Shown here piece by piece: positions 40,436-50,600 of a stretch of 64,000 bases of DNA; positions within the stretch are counted from its first letter, which is position 1, and the number at the start of each line of letters is the position of its first letter. Both the position numbers and the translations under genes were made by a program. The stretch comes from Candidatus Poribacteria bacterium (GTDB lineage Bacteria > Poribacteria > WGA-4E > GCA-2687025), in assembly GCA_963665845.2 (NCBI GenBank), contig OY762492.1, positions 3,488,001-3,552,000 of the forward strand, in the 5' to 3' direction. The notes beneath the pieces are model-generated. The model did no database searches. It saw nothing but the letters and a program-made list of their open reading frames with translations, and was not told where the DNA came from.

Positions 40436-43400
40436 GGGTCTACCGCGTAAAATAAGGGCGCATTAAAATCCGGTTCCAACGTGTCCGACATGTAAAACGA
40501 TTCCAGTTGAGGGTTCCTCTCAAAAGGCTCAATGCGGAGGCGGACGGAGCTTCCCGCCTTCCATTGCGCCGAATCAAGCGTCTTGCCGTCCATGGCGACC
40601 CAGTGAACGACGCGCATCTTCGAGGGCGCCGCCGAGCCGTCCAACGCCCGCGCCGATTCATACTCATAAACCGCCAGCGCCTCCCGATACGGCTTGATCT
40701 CCTCTAGTGTCGGCGCGCGGGAGAGATTTGTCAAGGTAGCCTCCACCTCCAGCGGACGAATCGATTCGCGGCTCTCATAAAGACGCCAGTACGCCTCGCT
40801 GTTTTGCCGCGCCTCGGCGGCGTCCATCCAGCGCGAATAGATTGCGGCGCCCTCCAGACGCCCCGACCAGTCGCGCCCGCCGCCCCATTCGTCGCCGAAC
40901 AGGAGCCGCTGCGCTTCCCAGTTTTCAAAACCGCCGCGAACGTTCGTAGTACGCAAAACCTCAACCCCGTCTCGATAGCATACCAGCAAACCCTGCCTAT
41001 ACGTAATTGAGACATGAACAGGCGAATTTTTAGGCAATTCGAACAACGGCGTTTGCGGATTAATCCCGTTCTCCCCTGTCGACGGCGTCCGAAGCCGCAA
41101 AATAAGCCGCCCGCCCTCCTGCCCCAACGTGAAATTGCGCGACGTTGCGCCGCTGGAAAAGGTAACAATACGCGCCGGCCCGAATTGGTCCATCGAGTCG
41201 GTCTGTATAAACGCCTCAATCGTCAACTGATTCGTCCGCTTTGCCGCGTCCAAAAGCCGCTTCGCCGCGCTCTCGTCGGCTAAAAACGCCCCGCCCGACA
41301 GCGCCATCCCATACGCGCCTGTCAAACGCCCCTTCCCTGTCGGTTTGAGGACGCATGCGCTGTTGCCGATAAGATTGTCCGCCTTGTCGGTCTGCCAAAT
41401 AAATTGAAGGCCGGCGCGGCTCGCCGGCCAAGGCGTCGGGTTCTCCGCAAAACGCCGCTCGCGCAGCGCCTTAAAGTCGCGCCAGCTGCGCCGCGCCTCC
41501 TCAGCGGACAACGCCCGGCTGTGTGCCGCAAACGCCTCCACAACGCCGTTCCATCGGCGGTTTCCGTCCGCCTCGTCGCCCAGCAAAAAGTAATGGTCAG
41601 TCCACGCCTTCAGATCGCCTTTCAGCGCCGTTGTCTGAAACGCCTTCTCGCCGTCACGGTAGGCAGTCAATTGCCCGTTGCGGTACGCCGCGACGACATG
41701 GACGGTCTCGTACGCCTTCAGCGGAAACAGCGCGAACTCGCGGTAGCCGCCGCTTTCCGCTGTCGTTTCGGAGGTGCGCAGACGAAGGATGAGCTGGGCG
41801 TTCTGTTGACCGAGCGTGAAGTTGCGCGCCGACGCGGTGCTTGAAAAGGTAACGATACGGGCAGGACCGCTCTGGTCAAGCCGATCGGTCCGAAACACCG
41901 CCTCTATCGACATCTCTCCAGACGCGCGGCATGCTTTCAAAAGAGCGGCCGCGGCAGTCGGAAAACGAGCCGAGCCGCCTGAAAACTCCAAGGAACCGTC
42001 CCAGCCCTCTTGGACCGCGCCTTCGCGCTTCATTTCATGCGTTCCCGCGGACGCCTCGCCCGACGACCATGAAACGACCGCGGCGTCCGCATCGACCGGC
42101 CAAGCGGGCGGACGAACCGCAATGCGCAGCGGCTCCATCTCGTTCGGGCTTTGCGCCAAATCCTTCGCGCCCGACAAGATCAACGTATCTGTCGACTCCA
42201 CCGGCTCCCGAAGCGTCAACGCCGCCGCGTCCGCGCCGACCGCCGTCACCGACTCGATCTCCACCCCAGACGCCAGCGACGCCTTAAAACGGCTCAAATC
42301 AACCGGCTCGCTGAACTGAACCCGCGCAAGCCGCTTCGATGGAAGCGACGCATCCTTTACATACGGAATGGTGCGCGGCTCCGCCTTGACGCGCCCGCGG
42401 TAGGTCTCTTCGCCGTCTGCCGCCGACACCTCATATTCGCCTGCTTCTTTGTAGATATAGGAGACGCTTGAACCGCGCAAACGGGTCCCATCCCCCATAT
42501 CCCACGCGGCGCCCTTCGAAACGCCTTCAGGCGCCAACTCCACCCGCAGCGGAACCTCCCCCTCCGCCCTGCCCAACTCCAAACCGCGCAGATACACATC
42601 GGGGAAACGATCCGCGGCGCCGTCAAACGTATAGCGCGCCGGCTCGCCCATCAGCTCCAGCGTTTCAGGGTCGATGCGGGAGATAAAGATGTCGTAATCG
42701 GAGCGGAAATGGTCATGCTGATTGGGAGACGCGCCGAACGCGATCAGGTCGGAGCGGTCGGAGATCATCGGAAAGTAGATGTAGCTGCGCTCCGCCGGCA
42801 AACGGCTGTCATTTTTATAGAGGATCGCTTCCACGGCGCCCGTTTCAAGATGGATGCGGTTGACGGGTCCGCCCGCGCCAGCCATCCAGTACCCCCAGAC
42901 GCCGTCGCGCGTGAAGTAGGGCTGACAGCCGCCGCGGTGTTTTCGGCGGGAGATCTGCTTGCTGCTCAAATCATAGGGGGAAAACTCTGGGCGGCCGGGC
43001 GTCGCATGCGTCAAGGAGGCGTTGATGAGCATACCGAACTCTTTTTGCGGCTCGGAGGTGAGGCGCAGATTGCTGTCCGTTTTCAGATTCATCTGATAGG
43101 TATGCCCGTCGCCGCCGATGTAGATAAATTCGTCGGGGCTGATCCAGACGGCGGCGCGGTCCTCAAAATAAGCGCGCGCGTTCTCAACGAGAACCCGATC
43201 CCGCCCTGTCTCGATATGGAACAGACGCAGCGGAACCTTGATGTTGTGCAGTTCGGGCTTGCCGTGGAGGTTCTTGTCGTAGCTGTTTCGCCCTTTCGGG
43301 TAGCTCAAGTAAAGAAGCCGCTTGCCGTCGGGAGAGACATGCGGGCAAAAGTGGTCGCGCCCGTTTTCATCAGGGACCAGCTGGCGCAGACCGCTCCCGT

Positions 43401-43593
43401 CCAGGTTGCGCATCCAGATGCGCCAAGCGCCGGTTCGGCTCGATTCCCACACGACAAAGCCGTCGCCGAGCTGCGCGATCTCTTTCCATGCCGCTTTTTC
43501 GCCGGCGGTCTGCGCCTCCGCCCCGCCCAGAAAGGCGGTCCCAAAAAGGAAATATCCCAAAGCAGACAACAGAGATAACCGACGAGAACTCAT
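40432..43593 (-). CDS. Large secreted protein: TolB-like propeller, PKD, two LamG/ConA domains, shared C-terminal domain
   Basis: Signal peptide; P.VSPDG; WDMGDG; duplicated GPARIVTFS....RNFTLGQ....LRLRT. Confidence 0.85.
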   Translation of the reverse strand: MSSRRLSLLSALGYFLFGTAFLGGAEAQTAGEKAAWKEIAQLGDGFVVWESSRTGAWRIWMRNLDGSGLRQLVPDENGRDHFCPHVSPDGKRLLYLSYPKGRNSYDKNLHGKPELHNIKVPLRLFHIETGRDRVLVENARAYFEDRAAVWISPDEFIYIGGDGHTYQMNLKTDSNLRLTSEPQKEFGMLINASLTHATPGRPEFSPYDLSSKQISRRKHRGGCQPYFTRDGVWGYWMAGAGGPVNRIHLETGAVEAILYKNDSRLPAERSYIYFPMISDRSDLIAFGASPNQHDHFRSDYDIFISRIDPETLELMGEPARYTFDGAADRFPDVYLRGLELGRAEGEVPLRVELAPEGVSKGAAWDMGDGTRLRGSSVSYIYKEAGEYEVSAADGEETYRGRVKAEPRTIPYVKDASLPSKRLARVQFSEPVDLSRFKASLASGVEIESVTAVGADAAALTLREPVESTDTLILSGAKDLAQSPNEMEPLRIAVRPPAWPVDADAAVVSWSSGEASAGTHEMKREGAVQEGWDGSLEFSGGSARFPTAAAALLKACRASGEMSIEAVFRTDRLDQSGPARIVTFSSTASARNFTLGQQNAQLILRLRTSETTAESGGYREFALFPLKAYETVHVVAAYRNGQLTAYRDGEKAFQTTALKGDLKAWTDHYFLLGDEADGNRRWNGVVEAFAAHSRALSAEEARRSWRDFKALRERRFAENPTPWPASRAGLQFIWQTDKADNLIGNSACVLKPTGKGRLTGAYGMALSGGAFLADESAAKRLLDAAKRTNQLTIEAFIQTDSMDQFGPARIVTFSSGATSRNFTLGQEGGRLILRLRTPSTGENGINPQTPLFELPKNSPVHVSITYRQGLLVCYRDGVEVLRTTNVRGGFENWEAQRLLFGDEWGGGRDWSGRLEGAAIYSRWMDAAEARQNSEAYWRLYESRESIRPLEVEATLTNLSRAPTLEEIKPYREALAVYEYESARALDGSAAPSKMRVVHWVAMDGKTLDSAQWKAGSSVRLRIEPFERNPQLESFYMSDTLEPDFNAPLFYAVDP

Positions 43594-43740
43594 GGGCGAA
43601 GCCTTCCGCATTCCGTATCCGCATGAATCATACACTATAGCCCCGCCGGCTGATGTTATATGTTTATGAAATCAGAATAAAAAACGCCCCTGCAATGCGC
43701 CTCTCTTGTTAACGATGTCCAGAATCGAATGCGAAGTTAT

Positions 43741-43907
43741 CTGACCTCATGCTGAAAGTCGGGACATTTGAACTGACAATCGCTCTATTCACGGGAAAAG
43801 GCGCCGCCAACCAGACCGTCATTCCCGCGTAAGCGGAAATCCAGAGGCGGCGAAGAAAACGTCCGCGTTCGCATGCCGACATGTCCTAACTTAAGGCGCG
43901 AGGTCAG
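43741..43907 (+). mobile_element. Family C MITE
   Basis: TIRs plus 8-bp TSD GAAGTTA(T/C). Confidence 0.88.
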
Positions 43908-43911
43908 GAAG

Positions 43912-44463
43912 TTACAGCTTCACAATGCGAAAATCCTCAAACCGTATCCAATGCTCGGCGTCCGGCGGGCCGTTGTAACACTGTATGCTGACCTGATCGG
44001 CGTCCGGCGCGGGCAGGGCGCCTTCTGCCGCCGTTTGAAATTCGGTCTCGCCTTCCGGGCGAAAGGTCGCTTCCCACGAATCCGCCGTCACAATCAGGCG
44101 CAGGCGAACGCTTTTTGTCCGCATGGAGACATGACCGGGGATGATCCAGAGATCGCCGTTGATCAGTTCCTTCACGATTTTAAAGACGGGGCGTCCGCCG
44201 CAATACCATGTGATGCCCGCCTGCTCGTACTGCTGAATCGGCAAGGTGTGGTTCATGACGGTTATTTCGATGGCGAAGGCGCCTTCGTTTCGGTCCGGCG
44301 CGGGGCGGCAAAGCGCGTTGATGACCGTGTCGGCGACGCCAGGCTCCACCCGTATCTCCAAGCCCCCGCCCTCCGCGAGGCGCCAATGGTCAGGGTTTTC
44401 GCGCAGCCATGTCCAGCCGTCTCCCAGCTGTCCGTCAAATGCGTCTTCAAAAATCGTTTCCAT
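43912..44463 (-). CDS. ConA-like beta-sandwich protein (DUF1349-like)
   Basis: F.D.FDG.L..GW.WLREN, QYEQAG. Confidence 0.7.
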   Translation of the reverse strand: METIFEDAFDGQLGDGWTWLRENPDHWRLAEGGGLEIRVEPGVADTVINALCRPAPDRNEGAFAIEITVMNHTLPIQQYEQAGITWYCGGRPVFKIVKELINGDLWIIPGHVSMRTKSVRLRLIVTADSWEATFRPEGETEFQTAAEGALPAPDADQVSIQCYNGPPDAEHWIRFEDFRIVKL

Positions 44464-44569
44464 GCATTCCGTCCTCTTGTGTGGGTTCCGCGCCTTCATG
44501 ATACATCAAAGCGCGCCTGAATAGTAGCGCCTATCTTCTTGCGGCAGTCTCTATATTCCGCTCGCGGCG

Positions 44570-44740
44570 AAAACCCCCCAGCCCCCCTTTTCAAGGGGGG
44601 AGTCCAGAAACCCCGCGCCCCCTCTTCGTCATTCCGCCCCACTCCTCGTCATTCCCGCCCCCTCTTCGTCATTCCCGCCCCCTCCTCGTCATTCCCGCCC
44701 CCTCCTCGTCATTCCCGCGTAAGCGGGAATCTTAGGCGCC
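44570..44740 (+). repeat. REP-B + 20-bp tandem array (four units) + REP-A
   Basis: Units at 44628, 44648, 44668 and 44688; full REP at 44708. Confidence 0.9.
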
Positions 44741-44794
44741 ACAGGCGCCGTCCGCATTCACATTGGGACTGAAAAGGACGGAGAAAATAAATGT

Positions 44795-44868
44795 TGGTTG
44801 GCCGGGTAGGATTCGAACCTACGATCGCGGGTCCAAAGCCCGCTGCCTTGCCGCTTGGCCACCGGCCA
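44795..44868 (-). tRNA. tRNA-Gln(UUG)
   Basis: Acceptor TGGCCGG/CCGGCCA, anticodon arm GCGGG-CTTTGGA-CCCGC, GGTTCGAATCC, encoded CCA; directly after ispE. Confidence 0.97.
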
Positions 44869-44880
44869 ACATCGGACTGC

Positions 44881-45756
44881 TCAACGCCTCGGCGGCCAGA
44901 ACGCGCTCGCTTCCGCAAACGGATAAAATCCCTGCAGAGCCTTCAAGGCGCCGTCGCGCTGCGCCTCCGTCTTGAAGACGCCGAAAACCGTCCCGCCTGT
45001 TCCGCTCATAAGGGCGGCGGCGCCGAAACTGCGGAGCCTGTCCCGCGCCTCGCGTATCTGCGGAAAACGTTTGAAGACAGACGCCTCAAAACCGTTTCGC
45101 GCGGCTCCCGTCTTGAACGGGTCGTCAAGCCATCCGTTTCTTATATTAACCCGTTCTAGAAACGGCGGCAAGTTAAAAGAGCCGAGAGGAGGGGCGTTCA
45201 GCGCCGCATACGCCTCGCCCGTATGTACCTGCGCGCCAGGATTGATCAGCAGAAGCGGACGCCTCGGCAGGGGCGGAAGCGGACGAAGGCGGGCGCCGAC
45301 CCCTTCTCCAGAGGCGCATCCGCCGGCGACGCAGAACGGAACATCCGCGCCGAGCGATCTGCCCATCCGCGCGAGAACATCTTTCGGGTAACGGGTTTCG
45401 CACAGCGCGTTCAATCCGACCAAGACAGCCGCCGCGTCCGCGCTTCCGCCGCCGAGTCCGCCGCCGACAGGAATCCGTTTCATGATGCGGATATGAACGC
45501 CGCCGCTGACTCCCGTAAACCGAAAAAACAGGCGCGCCGCTTGACAGGCGAGGTTGCGGTCGTCTGTCGGGATGTCCGCGCCGGCGCATTCCGCCGACAC
45601 GCCGCGCCTGCGCAGCTCCAGCTCAACATCGTCCGCCAGCTCTATCGAGTGCAGTATCGTCTGGACGGCATGGAGTCCGCTTGGGAGCTTGCCGAGAATC
45701 TCAAGGTACAGGTTGATCTTCGCCCTCGCTTGGAGGCTCAATCGGGTCGCCTTCAT
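44881..45756 (-). CDS. ispE: 4-diphosphocytidyl-2-C-methyl-D-erythritol kinase
   Basis: AKINLYL, KRIPVGGGLGGGSADAAA, GADVPF, MSGTG. Confidence 0.96.
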   Translation of the reverse strand: MKATRLSLQARAKINLYLEILGKLPSGLHAVQTILHSIELADDVELELRRRGVSAECAGADIPTDDRNLACQAARLFFRFTGVSGGVHIRIMKRIPVGGGLGGGSADAAAVLVGLNALCETRYPKDVLARMGRSLGADVPFCVAGGCASGEGVGARLRPLPPLPRRPLLLINPGAQVHTGEAYAALNAPPLGSFNLPPFLERVNIRNGWLDDPFKTGAARNGFEASVFKRFPQIREARDRLRSFGAAALMSGTGGTVFGVFKTEAQRDGALKALQGFYPFAEASAFWPPRR

Positions 45757-46552
45757 CGTTCACCCATATCGTTTTTGCGCGGGGGGGAAGCCGATGCCGA
45801 AACATCAACGGGTTGATCTCCGCGTTCACCTCCGGATCGGTCGCGTGGAAACGCATGCTCACCTGTTCTGGTTTGCGCTCTATGGAGACGTCCATCGGGC
45901 GGAGAAGTCCGCCGACGCTTCGGTAATTCCAAAAGCGGATGGCAAGCGTCTCCCCGCCGTCTGCGGCGCGCTGCTTCCACTCCGAGACGACCGGCTCCCC
46001 TTTGATCCATTTAAGCCGTATCTCCTCCTCGCCGCCGGTCGATTCCATCGGGCGTATCAGGACGGCTTCATCATCCGATCTGCGCAGATTTCCGTCGGTG
46101 AACGGCGCGCCGACAAACGGGTTGGCGGCAATGGCGCGCCGTATGTCAGAGACGCGCACATCCATTTCAAACAGCCGCTTCAAACGGGCGTCGCTCAACG
46201 GACCGCGCACTGCAGTATTGGAGCGGACATAGATCTCCGTCAGCTTCCCCTCCGACGCGACCATGACCGCGACGGGCGAACCGAAAGGATCCAGCGCGCT
46301 GAATCGAAACGAATCGGGCTTGTGAAAATGCAGTAAAGCGCGCGCCTCCTGCGATCCGCTGGGATCGTTCACCTTGACCGTCATCTGCGTACGCATGGAG
46401 TCCATCTGCCGCCATCGGACGTTCAGATCGTCAAGCGCGTCCCGAAACGCTTCGCGCTCCATCGGCGCGAAGACCGCCCCGCCGCCGCATCCGTTCGCCG
46501 CCGCGAAGAGCGCAGCCAAAAAGATGTGCGCCAAGCCCCGAACCGCCTTCAT
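45701..46552 (-). CDS. LolB/LolA-fold (DUF4292-like) lipoprotein
   Basis: Lipobox-like ANGC; occupies the usual lolB position upstream of ispE. Confidence 0.65.
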   Translation of the reverse strand: MKAVRGLAHIFLAALFAAANGCGGGAVFAPMEREAFRDALDDLNVRWRQMDSMRTQMTVKVNDPSGSQEARALLHFHKPDSFRFSALDPFGSPVAVMVASEGKLTEIYVRSNTAVRGPLSDARLKRLFEMDVRVSDIRRAIAANPFVGAPFTDGNLRRSDDEAVLIRPMESTGGEEEIRLKWIKGEPVVSEWKQRAADGGETLAIRFWNYRSVGGLLRPMDVSIERKPEQVSMRFHATDPEVNAEINPLMFRHRLPPRAKTIWVNDEGDPIEPPSEGEDQPVP

Positions 46553-46562
46553 CCGCGTTGTT

Positions 46563-47273
46563 TCAATCCTCCGCAATGCCATACGCTTCCACCTCATGCA
46601 GACGAATGGTTCCTTTCACATAAAATTCATGTCGGCCGTACGCTCTGAACACATCCTGTTTTTGGGAGCCGTTGACCCAGAGAACGGCGGCGCGCAGATA
46701 CTGCGTTTCGACAGGGTCGAACGACACGGCGAGACGGGGGAGTCGGTTGCCGCGCGTCTCGCCCGCGTTCACCCAGACGCTCTGGGCGTCGTCCCAATAC
46801 TGAACTAGAACGTCCCGAACGCCGAAGCGGGTGGCGGGGTAACGCTCCGTGTCGACCGAATGCAGAACGACGCGCGCCGCCTTTCTCGGTTGGTCAAAAC
46901 GTATCATGACCCAGCCGAAAGCGGCGTACTCCTTGCCGAGGCGGTAGTTTCGGCGCAGCCCCCGCCATTCAAACGGCTCCGCCGCCGCGTTCGCGTCGAT
47001 CTCAACATTGAACAGGCGGCGCCGTTCCAACGCGCCGTCAAAGACCCATTCCCAGCCGGCGGCGGGCGACCATTCCTCCGCCGAAACAACGCCGTCTGTC
47101 AACGCGGCGGGATCGAACCCCTCCTCCCATGAGGAGACGGCGACCGTCGTTCCCGGCAAAAGCGTCAGGTTGACAAGTTGAGGAGGGGGCTGAAACAGCG
47201 CCGTTTGAGAGCCGCAGCCCGCGCAAACGATCCATACCGCCAACATCCATCGTACCATTCTCCACATGTTCAA
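46563..47273 (-). CDS. Lipoprotein with a discoidin/F5-8-like domain
   Basis: Lipobox CAGC; ALTDG, WVMIRF, FDPVET.YLR, RLHEVEAY. Confidence 0.7.
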   Translation of the reverse strand: MNMWRMVRWMLAVWIVCAGCGSQTALFQPPPQLVNLTLLPGTTVAVSSWEEGFDPAALTDGVVSAEEWSPAAGWEWVFDGALERRRLFNVEIDANAAAEPFEWRGLRRNYRLGKEYAAFGWVMIRFDQPRKAARVVLHSVDTERYPATRFGVRDVLVQYWDDAQSVWVNAGETRGNRLPRLAVSFDPVETQYLRAAVLWVNGSQKQDVFRAYGRHEFYVKGTIRLHEVEAYGIAED

Positions 47274-47282
47274 GTCCCCTGT

Positions 47283-50200
47283 TCATTCTTCGTCGACTTG
47301 GCGGCGCGCGGTGTGAAACGCCGATGTCGGCTTTCCGTTGACAAAGGCGACCGCGGCGCCCGTCAATTGCGGGCATTCCAGCAGGCGCAGCGCCGCTTCC
47401 GCCGCCAAGCGCGCCGCTTCATGAAGATCGACTGAACCGCTGTAAATTACAACCGCCGCCGCCAGCGGCGCCTCTTCGCCCATCATGAGCGCGTCGATCT
47501 GGTCTATTGAGCCGTCGGACGAGTCGGCGTTTGGGAAAGCCAAGTTCGTCAGAATTTCGGCGTCGGGATACTCCTTTTGGAGCAGGTTTTTTATTAAGAC
47601 GGCGCGGCGGGCGGCTCGAACCGCTTCTTTTTGGGTTGAGTCGGCGGAGCCGCGGCCCAAATACGCTTCAGCGCGCTCCGTCAGCGATTCTTCATCCATG
47701 CCGTCCACGGCCAGCGGAAACAGAAAACGGCCTAATTCGATTGGACGGCTGTCGGTCGGCGAATCGTCCGGCGGGGCGCAGCGCTCCCAGACAGCGTCCG
47801 CGTCAAAGTCGACAGGGTCTTTGACCTGTATGGGTTGAAGCGGGGCGGCGGCGTCTCCTTTTGACAGATCGTAGACATCCACATACTCCTCCGGGTCCCA
47901 TCTGCTTAAAATGGATTCAATCCAGTCTGTCCAGCAGTTGCCCGCCTCGACGCTTTGCGGCGGCTTTTCTTTTTCGCGGGTGAAGAGGACAAGCCGCTCC
48001 TTCGCGCGCGTGAACGCCACATAAAGCAGCCGTTTCTCTTCCGCCCTTGTCCGCTTCCGGTTTTCGATCTCCAGCGCTTCCCACATGAACGGCTGGGGCG
48101 CGTTTTTTTCTTCAGGGTCTAAGGTTATTTTTACGGCGGCTTCGAACTCGTCCCGCCCGCCGAAACCAGGGAGGCGCCCAACCGCGACGCCCGCCCAGTT
48201 GCTCGTCGCATCGATACGGTACTGGAATCGAGCGTCCATGTCCGGCAGGATGACGACGGGCCATTCCAACCCTTTGGCGCGGTGGACCGTCAGCAGCTGA
48301 ATGCTTCCCCCGTCGGGCAGGTCGGCGTCCCCGGCGTCTGAAAAGCCGGCGTCCAGCGCGTCCAGATACCGCATGAAATCGACCAGCGCGCCGGAGCCGA
48401 CCGATTCCCAGTCGCGCGCAAAATCGATGAACTTTTCAACGTTCAGGACGCGCTGCTGTCCCAGAACGCCCATCGCCATCGGCGCGTACATGCCCGATTC
48501 TTCGATGACTGCCGTTAGCGTGTCCGCGACGCCGGACGCGCGCGACGTCTCCGTCCACCGAGAAAGAAGCGCCTGCGCCTTCCGCAGAGCCGCCGCGTCC
48601 TCTTCAGACAACTCGTTCAGCTCAGCGGGGTCTGACAAACGCTCCAAGCGGATCCGCAGCCGCCCCCTGGAAGACTCGCTCAAAAACAGCAAACCTTCGT
48701 CGCTGCATCCGATGAGAGGCGAGCGCAGAAAGCCGGCAAACGCGATCTCATCCGCCGGGTCGTTGATGACGCGGAGCGCGTTGCGCAGGTCGCGTATCTC
48801 CTGCCGTTGAAAAAAACCGCGCCCGCGCGACGCCGTAAAGGAAATGCCGCGCCGAAGCAGCGCGTCCTCATACAGCCGCTGGTGCGTTGAACGTCTGAAC
48901 AGAACAGCGATGGCCGGTTCGGAGGCGGCAATGCGGTCGGCGATGCCGGGGAATTTGTCCTCTTGCCGCCCTTCAGAGATCTCCTGGATCAGTTCGGCGA
49001 CAGCGTCCGCCTCGCGCGCGCGCGTTTTCTCCTTTTCGTCAGGCAAGACGAAGCGAAAGACGCATCCGCCTTCTTGGAGGGGCGCGCCTTCTTTGGGCGA
49101 AGTCGGGGCGTCTCCCGCGCGCAAAGACTGCGCCTCCGCCTCATAAGAGGCGCCGCCGGTCAAGAGCGAACTGAAGAAGCGGTTGAAGAAAAGGATCAGG
49201 TTCGGAAGCGAGCGGAAATTCGCGGTCAAGTTCAACTCGGCGCTCGGATCGAACTCGGCGCGCGCTTGAGAGAACAGGTCCACCTCGCCCCCTCGGAAGG
49301 AGTAGATCGCCTGTTTTTCGTCGCCGACGATGAACAGCTTGCCGGCGTCCGCGACGGAGCCGTCCGCGTCGGTTCCGAGATGTTTGAAGATGTCCCATTG
49401 CCGCCGGTTCGTGTCTTGAAACTCGTCAATGAAAACGGCGCGGAACAGCTCCCGAAAGGCGCGCAGCCCCTCCGGGTGATCAATCAAACCGTGAGCCAGC
49501 CCTTCAAGGTCGTTGAAATCAAGCGCGTTCTGAATGCGCTTTCGCCGGCTGTACAGTTCTCCGCCCGCGTCCGCCAGTTTTGCCAGCGACTTGAGCGTTT
49601 CCAGCGCTTCGCGCTCTAGCTCCTCGTCCCAGGCAAGCTCCAGCGACGGCTCCGCTTCAACCAGCTCGGCGTATTCGTTCATGAGGGCGCGCAGCCGCTC
49701 TAGGGTTTCTTTTCCCCAGAAAGCGGCGCTGCCGACGCGGCCAAAGCTCCGCGCTTTGCCGGAGGCTGTTGTGAACAGCTCGCGGATGCGTACCGAGTCC
49801 CGCTTCTCTGTTGCCTCCAGCATGTTGGCGCGCTGTTCAGCCATCTTGTCCGCTCCGTCCTTGGGCGGAGGGCAGTTTTCAACGGCGCGCGTCAGTTTAA
49901 CAACCAGCGCCGATTTGAAAAACTCCTCTTTAAGATTGGAGACATACTGCTCCGCGTCGGCGCGGTAGGCGTCCAGCAGCGCGTCTATATCGGTCGTCAA
50001 AAAACGATTCATCCACGGCTGCAGATCGTAACGCCTTTCGATCAACGCTTTCGCCGCGGAGCCGACCAGCGTTCTCCGCCGGCGATGCATGAGCCAGCGC
50101 TGCAGATCGTCCCGCAGCTCCGCGTTCGGAGTGAACGCTGTTTCGTCTAAGATGCGGTCAACGGAGCGAAGCAGCAGCGTGTCCGCCTCAAAGCCTTCGA

Positions 50201-50600
50201 TGACGCGGTATTCTCGGTCGACGCCGGGGTCGTTGCCCGCGCCGGGGACAAGGTTCGGAAAACGGCGCAGGATCTTCGCAAAAAACGAATGCATCGTGGA
50301 AACGAAGTTGTCCGAATAGTTTTCTTTCAGGGAGGTGAGCCGCTCTAGGCGCGCGCCTTCCGCCGTTTCCATTTCGCTCATGACCGCGCGGTAGATGCGT
50401 CCGCGTATTTCGCTGGCGGCTTCCTCGTTGAAAGCAAGCACGAGAGCCTGCTCAATGCGTTCAAATCCGGTCAAGAGACGGATGATGCGATCTGTCATGG
50501 CGCGCGTCTTGCCGGTTCCGGCGCCTGCCGTCACGGCGACCGCCCCTGGCCGTTCGACCGTCTCCCGCTGCTCTTTTGTGAGGGCGAATTTAGCCGCCAT
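47283..50600 (-). CDS. AddA/UvrD-like helicase with a degenerate C-terminal nuclease domain
   Basis: AGAGTGKT, IDEFQDTN, VGDEKQAIYSFRG, NFRS, TVHRAKGLEW, RLLYVAFTRA. Confidence 0.93.
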   Translation of the reverse strand: MAAKFALTKEQRETVERPGAVAVTAGAGTGKTRAMTDRIIRLLTGFERIEQALVLAFNEEAASEIRGRIYRAVMSEMETAEGARLERLTSLKENYSDNFVSTMHSFFAKILRRFPNLVPGAGNDPGVDREYRVIEGFEADTLLLRSVDRILDETAFTPNAELRDDLQRWLMHRRRRTLVGSAAKALIERRYDLQPWMNRFLTTDIDALLDAYRADAEQYVSNLKEEFFKSALVVKLTRAVENCPPPKDGADKMAEQRANMLEATEKRDSVRIRELFTTASGKARSFGRVGSAAFWGKETLERLRALMNEYAELVEAEPSLELAWDEELEREALETLKSLAKLADAGGELYSRRKRIQNALDFNDLEGLAHGLIDHPEGLRAFRELFRAVFIDEFQDTNRRQWDIFKHLGTDADGSVADAGKLFIVGDEKQAIYSFRGGEVDLFSQARAEFDPSAELNLTANFRSLPNLILFFNRFFSSLLTGGASYEAEAQSLRAGDAPTSPKEGAPLQEGGCVFRFVLPDEKEKTRAREADAVAELIQEISEGRQEDKFPGIADRIAASEPAIAVLFRRSTHQRLYEDALLRRGISFTASRGRGFFQRQEIRDLRNALRVINDPADEIAFAGFLRSPLIGCSDEGLLFLSESSRGRLRIRLERLSDPAELNELSEEDAAALRKAQALLSRWTETSRASGVADTLTAVIEESGMYAPMAMGVLGQQRVLNVEKFIDFARDWESVGSGALVDFMRYLDALDAGFSDAGDADLPDGGSIQLLTVHRAKGLEWPVVILPDMDARFQYRIDATSNWAGVAVGRLPGFGGRDEFEAAVKITLDPEEKNAPQPFMWEALEIENRKRTRAEEKRLLYVAFTRAKERLVLFTREKEKPPQSVEAGNCWTDWIESILSRWDPEEYVDVYDLSKGDAAAPLQPIQVKDPVDFDADAVWERCAPPDDSPTDSRPIELGRFLFPLAVDGMDEESLTERAEAYLGRGSADSTQKEAVRAARRAVLIKNLLQKEYPDAEILTNLAFPNADSSDGSIDQIDALMMGEEAPLAAAVVIYSGSVDLHEAARLAAEAALRLLECPQLTGAAVAFVNGKPTSAFHTARRQVDEE

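Noticed and set aside
44795-44868. tRNA-Gln as an island integration site
   Set aside because: No integrase and no duplicated tRNA 3' end seen in the window.
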